Assembly: GCA_965372795.1 (NCBI GenBank)
Contig: CBDVDR010000004.1
Location: 64,001-128,000 of the forward strand
Origin: an uncultured bacterium
GTDB taxonomy: Bacteria > Zixibacteria > MSB-5A5 > GN15 > FEB-12
Reading direction: 5' to 3'
DNA length: 64,000 nt
A program made the position numbers and the translations under genes. The notes below the pieces were generated by a model. It was not told the DNA's origin, ran no database searches, and saw nothing but the letters and a program-made list of their open reading frames with translations. This document shows, piece by piece, positions 59,243 to 64,000 of this stretch. The number at the start of each line of letters is the position of its first letter. Position 1 is the stretch's first letter.

Positions 59243-59269
59243 TTATCGGTAAATACGATGAGATTTGAA
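59243..59269 (-). promoter_or_regulatory. Sigma28-type promoter candidate for the HDOD gene
   Basis: Minus strand TTCA-N15-ACCGATAA (or TCAA-N14), ending 28 nt before the ATG. Confidence 0.5.
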
Positions 59270-59299
59270 GCTGTTTTTTTAAGAAAGTTGAATTAAGTG

Positions 59300-60511
59300 T
59301 TAAGCCTTTTTTTTCAGGCGGTCATAACGTTTCTTTAGATCGGATGTATGTGTTTTTGTACTCGGACAGATATTTTTAGCTTGAGTAACATATATAAGAG
59401 CATTCTGAATATCTTTGAGCTTATGTTCATAATATTTGGATAGTTCAATACAAGAGAGGAACCCTTCCCGATTGTTTTTCCCAGCAAGGACCGTCCAAAT
59501 TTCGACTGCTTTTTGAAGATTGCCGGTTTTTTTGAAGGAAAGAGAATGGAAATAATTAATATCATCAGAAAGCCCAGAATAATCGACTTCATTCATCTTT
59601 TTATAAATATCAAGGCTCTTTATAATCTGTTTTTTTCGACCGTAAATTTTTGATAAAGAATGCAGATCATCAACCGAATCAAGAGTTGCCCCTTCATTTT
59701 GAAATATTTCAGCGATATGAACCATAAGATAATATAAGGATAATATATCCAGTCGATTATGAAGCAGAACATTTTTCAGAGGATTTGAATTTTGTTCAGA
59801 CAACCACTCAAAATAGACTGAAGGGATCAAATATCCGGGAATATCATCTTTACGGTAGAAATGGAATAATTCTCTTTCCAGATTAGTCAAAGTACAATCC
59901 TGCAATCTTCTTTTAAATAATCGTCTTGAAGGATGAAGCAGATCAATATGTTTATCAAAGGGAACTTCTTTGGCTACCCGATTGATAATCATTCGAGTTC
60001 GCACCAATGGAATATCAAAAGCGGCACCATTGAAACTTACAATATTTTTATCATCACCAAATTCCTCGAACATCATCTCAAGCATCGCTGTTTCATCAGA
60101 GTAATCAGGGATCAAATACTGGCGTACTTCAAATCCATCATTGACAACTGATCCACAGCCAATTAAAAATGCTACCGCACCCGAACCGCCCAAACCGGTT
60201 GTTTCAGTATCAAAAAAAACTAATGACTCTACCGGAACTATATCTGAAGTCTCTTTTGTCAGAAAAGGTGCCATCGGAAATTCTTTAATAGAATGATTAA
60301 AACTATGTGACCCGTGGATATAATCAATCGGGTATTTCTCTTTTACGATGCAAACTGCCCCATAAGTATTAGTTGTAATTTTCCCGTCAAGAAAATCGGC
60401 TAATGATTGATAACGATTTGGAATATTTATTGTTGGTTTATTTTGTTTTTGATGAGAACCGACATGAGCTTGTAAAAGTTTTAGTTTGTCTTTTAGGTTT
60501 TTATCGGACAT
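59300..60511 (-). CDS. YprB/MrfB-like DEDDh exonuclease (RNase_H_2) with C-terminal TPRs
   Basis: FFDTETTGL, SFNGAAFD, HIDLLH, HNRLDILSL; TPR-like ELSKYYEHK. Confidence 0.9.
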   Translation of the reverse strand: MSDKNLKDKLKLLQAHVGSHQKQNKPTINIPNRYQSLADFLDGKITTNTYGAVCIVKEKYPIDYIHGSHSFNHSIKEFPMAPFLTKETSDIVPVESLVFFDTETTGLGGSGAVAFLIGCGSVVNDGFEVRQYLIPDYSDETAMLEMMFEEFGDDKNIVSFNGAAFDIPLVRTRMIINRVAKEVPFDKHIDLLHPSRRLFKRRLQDCTLTNLERELFHFYRKDDIPGYLIPSVYFEWLSEQNSNPLKNVLLHNRLDILSLYYLMVHIAEIFQNEGATLDSVDDLHSLSKIYGRKKQIIKSLDIYKKMNEVDYSGLSDDINYFHSLSFKKTGNLQKAVEIWTVLAGKNNREGFLSCIELSKYYEHKLKDIQNALIYVTQAKNICPSTKTHTSDLKKRYDRLKKKA

Positions 60512-61439
60512 GGATGATATCGTCTAAGGCAGATTGCATTTTCATCAAAACAAATCGATCTGTCTCATTATTTAAAATTTCCTGGCGATACCCGCATCTG
60601 TCCTCCGGGTCGCTCTGAATTAAAGCTATTGCAGCATGAGCCCGTCTTAAGGGGTCGGCTACTTTACTTTGATCAAAAAGAAGCTCTTTGGATATATCAG
60701 TATTTATTAATTCCAAAAGATGACAAGCATTATTTCCTAAAAGGTTATTTGATGAGTTAATCGAGTCAGTAATTATTGACAATACTTCGGTTGTATCCAT
60801 TGCGGCAAGAACAGTTACAGCTGATTTTCTGGCGCCATAAAACTCATCCCCCAGAGCATGAATCAATTGTTCTTTTCCATTTTGAATATTAATTTTCCCA
60901 GCCGCCACAACTGCCGCTTTGCGAACCTGTCCTATAGGATCAGATAAAGAATTTATAATAACAGCTTCCGCTTTTATATCCTTAATTTTCCCCAGTGCAT
61001 CAATCGCTTTTTCACGTACCCACCAGCTATTGTGAACGGCAATCGACATAAGTGGAGAGACTGCAGAACTATCTTTGATATCACCTAATGCCCAGCAAAC
61101 TCTGGCAACAACAAGATCATCGGGTCGGTTTAAAGCAACTATTAAATCAGGAACTGCATCGGAACCGATCTTTTTTAATATCTTAATAATCGTCAATCTT
61201 TCACGGGCTGATTTAGTATCAAACTTATTTATTAAAGCGGGTACCGCCTGCACCCCTAGTGCGGCGATTGAGTCAATCCCCGGTTCAACTAAATCTCTAT
61301 ATCTAACCTCACCTGATGAAGCATATACGAACAGTGAATCGATTTTCTTTTGAAGGGCTGTTTCAGCCGTAACTATTCCGGTAGCCATAAAGCTAATTAA
61401 GAAAATTATATTAAGTTTTAATATCACATATTTTAACAT
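60501..61439 (-). CDS. Secreted HEAT-repeat protein
   Basis: Signal peptide; AVPALI, VREKAIDALGKI, VRKAAVVAAGKI repeats. Confidence 0.88.
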   Translation of the reverse strand: MLKYVILKLNIIFLISFMATGIVTAETALQKKIDSLFVYASSGEVRYRDLVEPGIDSIAALGVQAVPALINKFDTKSARERLTIIKILKKIGSDAVPDLIVALNRPDDLVVARVCWALGDIKDSSAVSPLMSIAVHNSWWVREKAIDALGKIKDIKAEAVIINSLSDPIGQVRKAAVVAAGKINIQNGKEQLIHALGDEFYGARKSAVTVLAAMDTTEVLSIITDSINSSNNLLGNNACHLLELINTDISKELLFDQSKVADPLRRAHAAIALIQSDPEDRCGYRQEILNNETDRFVLMKMQSALDDIIHVR

Positions 61440-63382
61440 TACTGATTTTCCTTTGTGGTATCCGGCGGATTTAACTCAATATCCATTCCGCCACCCCATT
61501 TTGAGTCCGTTTTCCAGTAATAATTATCTTTTCCAAATCCGGTATATTGATCCTTTCCACCTAAATCAATAAACAGTCCGATTGAACCGAACTCTCTTCG
61601 CGGATTACCATATCCGTGAGTATTTTTTGGATTCTTAATAAAATATCGGTCATCTCCGGCATTATCTATCATAATCCCAATACCGTTAGCCGAGCCGGCT
61701 GCCTGAGACAGATCGGTGGCGGTATAAGTATCATTGCCCTGTCGATCTAAAAGAAAACCACATGAATAATCATGCCCGCAACCCTGAGAGACGCCTTTTG
61801 AAAAATAAACATCACTGCCAAAATTATCCAAAAGAAGCCCCAAACTCATATGGGTTCCGGCACCCTGGGAATATTGGAATGACTGATAGTAATCATTCCC
61901 TTTTTCATCGGCAAGTATCCCCAGTGACCACCAGTAACTCGAACCCTGTCCGAATATATCAGTAATGTAGCTGTCGTTTCCTTCAAAATCGAGCAAAGCA
62001 CCAACCCCGCCTGAGAACATCGGACGCATCCCAATTGCAAACCCCTGTCCAAATGAATAGAAATGATCCTCATAGCGAAGAATATCTTTATATTTACCCC
62101 CGGTATAATAATTATCATTTCCCTTTAAATCAAAAATTGCTCCATACCCTTCAACAAAGGCGTACCCCTGAGCTGAATTGGAGGCGTAATAATTATCCCG
62201 GCCGTCTTCATCAATCAACAATCCCAATCCAAAACAACCGGCACCTTGAACAAAATTATCACCGTTATAGATATCATGCCCATCGGCATCATATAGAATA
62301 CCGAATCCAAAATAACCGCTGCCAATACCAAAAGATTTTGAGTCGTAGCGGTCATCACCTTCAAAGTCGATCAAAATTCCGGTTGAAAAACAACCCGACC
62401 CTATAACAAAATCAGATTTTGCGCGATAAGCATCATTTCCACTCAGATCAATTATAATTGTACTATGAGGATTCTTGGGGTCATATGAGAGGTCATAAAT
62501 ATCATCACCCCCAAAATCGAGAATGAATTTATAGTCGCCTTTATAATAATCATTGCCGGTACCACCGATTGCCCACCCTGATTGTTTTCCAAGATACGAA
62601 TTCAGATTAGAGTTATCCGGAACATAAACAGCATCTTTGAATATTTTATCAGCTGATATATTCTTAGATTTTATTTGCCCATGTAAATTTTTAACTTCCA
62701 TCAAAATTTCTCTTAGACAATCTATTCCAGCTGAAATAATTGGGTCTTTGTCAATTTTTCTTCCAAAAGTGACAAATTTTTCAGCATAGGCAGTTTCAGC
62801 CTTTTCGACAGAATCAATTTTATCGGGCGAATAGAATTCTTCTTCTTCCCGGATTACAAGCAGTTCCAAAAATTCTTTTTTTAGAAATGACCTTTCATCT
62901 TTACTTAGCAGAGCTAACGATTTCTCAGTTGATCTCGGAAGAATTACATCCAGATAAACAGCCGCCCGGGCAAGAAGTTGATTTAAAGTGATGTCAGTAA
63001 AATAAAGGGTGTATTTGCGTTTCATTTCCTCAGCTGATGCCTGATACGCCCGGTTGCGCCTCTGTTGATCTACCAGACTTAAGTCCTGAAATAAAATCCC
63101 GCTAATAATTTCAGGTTGTCCTTTAACATAAGAGGCTTTTAATTGTTCAGTATAATCAACCATCCCTAAGGGTGAGTCCATCAAATCAGCGACTAATTTT
63201 AAACGGAAAGAATCGATCTCGGTATAATCCTGACGGAATGAGATATCTTCTACTTTCAACCCAAGATATTCAGATAAATGAATCAATCCGAATTTTTCCG
63301 GTTTAACGGTTTTTGAATCTTGGGCAAACAGAGTTGAAGTGAAAAGTAGAAATAATACAATTATGATATTAGATTTTAACAT
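61439..63382 (-). CDS. Secreted Gly/Asp-rich repeat protein (about 13 DxxGxDxY units)
   Basis: Signal peptide; DFGGDDIY, DLSGNDAY, DFEGDDRY, DADGHDIY, DEDGRDNY ... DLGGKDQY. Confidence 0.8.
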   Translation of the reverse strand: MLKSNIIIVLFLLFTSTLFAQDSKTVKPEKFGLIHLSEYLGLKVEDISFRQDYTEIDSFRLKLVADLMDSPLGMVDYTEQLKASYVKGQPEIISGILFQDLSLVDQQRRNRAYQASAEEMKRKYTLYFTDITLNQLLARAAVYLDVILPRSTEKSLALLSKDERSFLKKEFLELLVIREEEEFYSPDKIDSVEKAETAYAEKFVTFGRKIDKDPIISAGIDCLREILMEVKNLHGQIKSKNISADKIFKDAVYVPDNSNLNSYLGKQSGWAIGGTGNDYYKGDYKFILDFGGDDIYDLSYDPKNPHSTIIIDLSGNDAYRAKSDFVIGSGCFSTGILIDFEGDDRYDSKSFGIGSGYFGFGILYDADGHDIYNGDNFVQGAGCFGLGLLIDEDGRDNYYASNSAQGYAFVEGYGAIFDLKGNDNYYTGGKYKDILRYEDHFYSFGQGFAIGMRPMFSGGVGALLDFEGNDSYITDIFGQGSSYWWSLGILADEKGNDYYQSFQYSQGAGTHMSLGLLLDNFGSDVYFSKGVSQGCGHDYSCGFLLDRQGNDTYTATDLSQAAGSANGIGIMIDNAGDDRYFIKNPKNTHGYGNPRREFGSIGLFIDLGGKDQYTGFGKDNYYWKTDSKWGGGMDIELNPPDTTKENQ

Positions 63383-63448
63383 ATAGAAAAATGAAATATA
63401 AATTAAAGGTAATCAACAATAATCAGCTATTAATAAATATTGATAATC

Positions 63449-63484
63449 AAAAAAAAACGCCCCAAAAAGGAGCGCTTTTTTTTA
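63449..63484 (-). terminator. Imperfect terminator after pilA
   Basis: A-run, CGCCCC-AAAAA-GGAGCG, T-run. Confidence 0.55.
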
Positions 63485-63499
63485 TTAAACTCGGATAAC

Positions 63500-63934
63500 T
63501 CAGTCAAGGACGTCATTATTACCAACAGTAACAGCGAGGTTACCAGCTTCGGTAATAGTCCATATATCCATAGTTGCATCATCATCAAGGTTAGCAGTCG
63601 CAGTCGCAGTAAATGTATTGGCGGCGGCAGCAATACTATATTCATAAATAGCTGTTGCACCAATTTCAACACCAATACTTGGGAAAGTTCCAGGGGCACT
63701 GGCACTACCAAATGTCTGGCCATCATCACCGTAAAAACCCTGTTCCTGACGGTATGTACGTTCCATGGTGTAAATCTGTTTCAGAATCTGTTTTGCTTCA
63801 GACTGTTTGGATTTTGTAGTAGCTTGCATAAATCTCGGAATAGCGAGAGCAGCCAAGATACCAATAATTACGACCACAATCATCAACTCGATGAGTGTGA
63901 AACCTTTCTGACGGTTGTGAAATTTTGAAAACAT
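63500..63934 (-). CDS. pilA: Type IVa major pilin
   Basis: G|FTLIELMIVVVIIGILAALAIPRF...SEAK; FTATATANLDDD..DIWTI; SD AGGAGG. Confidence 0.9.
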   Translation of the reverse strand: MFSKFHNRQKGFTLIELMIVVVIIGILAALAIPRFMQATTKSKQSEAKQILKQIYTMERTYRQEQGFYGDDGQTFGSASAPGTFPSIGVEIGATAIYEYSIAAAANTFTATATANLDDDATMDIWTITEAGNLAVTVGNNDVLD

Positions 63935-63989
63935 CTAAGGCCTCCTAAATAACGTTAATGGTTCTAATTCTCATTCATATCTGTCATAT

Positions 63990-63997
63990 TTATCGGC
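63990..63997 (-). promoter_or_regulatory. Sigma28-type -10 element upstream of pilA (-35 lies outside the window)
   Basis: Perfect GCCGATAA on the minus strand, 55 nt upstream of the pilA ATG. Confidence 0.6.
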
Positions 63998-64000
63998 AAG

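Noticed and set aside
112..63928. Short ORF-track entries antisense to or nested in long genes (e.g. 112-342, 4473-4871, 27728-28210, 49681-49929, 49881-50135, 52509-52706, 63440-63928)
   Set aside because: Shadow frames of well-supported genes with no protein motifs.
1..64000. CRISPR arrays, tRNA/rRNA, IS elements
   Set aside because: No regularly spaced direct repeats, cloverleaf or rRNA-like stretches, or transposase ORFs seen by eye.

Overview
AT-rich chromosomal window from a diderm (LPS-making) bacterium. The gene set (LpxC-FabZ fusion, PdxST, DUF2480, several N-methyl-pilin-like genes) suggests an FCB-related lineage such as candidate Zixibacteria, which is inference only. Most of it is housekeeping: rnr, mreB, maeB, a PpiD/SurA-type PPIase, ETF-QO, ccmF, ispH, lipA, pdxST, an Rrf2/iscA/fdx Fe-S cassette, a polyprenyl synthase, guaA, nadB and a lipid A cluster (lpxC-fabZ, lpxA, gnnA-like, lpxB, waaA, lpxK). 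I saw no rRNA, tRNA, CRISPR array, transposase or integrase. The most notable observations are: (1) sigma28/FliA-type promoter motifs in the correct orientation upstream of the major pilin, a four-gene pseudopilin cluster, an HDOD-HisKA protein and an orphan gene inside the lipid A cluster, suggesting a pilus-centred sigma28 regulon; (2) the four paralogous GspG-like pilins, which share a scaffold and have different C-terminal domains; (3) a sigma region-4 + CxxC/HxxxH protein paired with a ribbon-helix-helix protein upstream of lpxC; (4) two genes missing from the ORF track, a partial outer-membrane gene at the left edge and a secreted beta-barrel gene broken by one in-frame TGA; (5) a divergent IscU-like protein; (6) a coupled repeat-protein/HEAT/DEDD-exonuclease operon behind pilA. 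All family calls come from motif recognition by eye, not from database searches.
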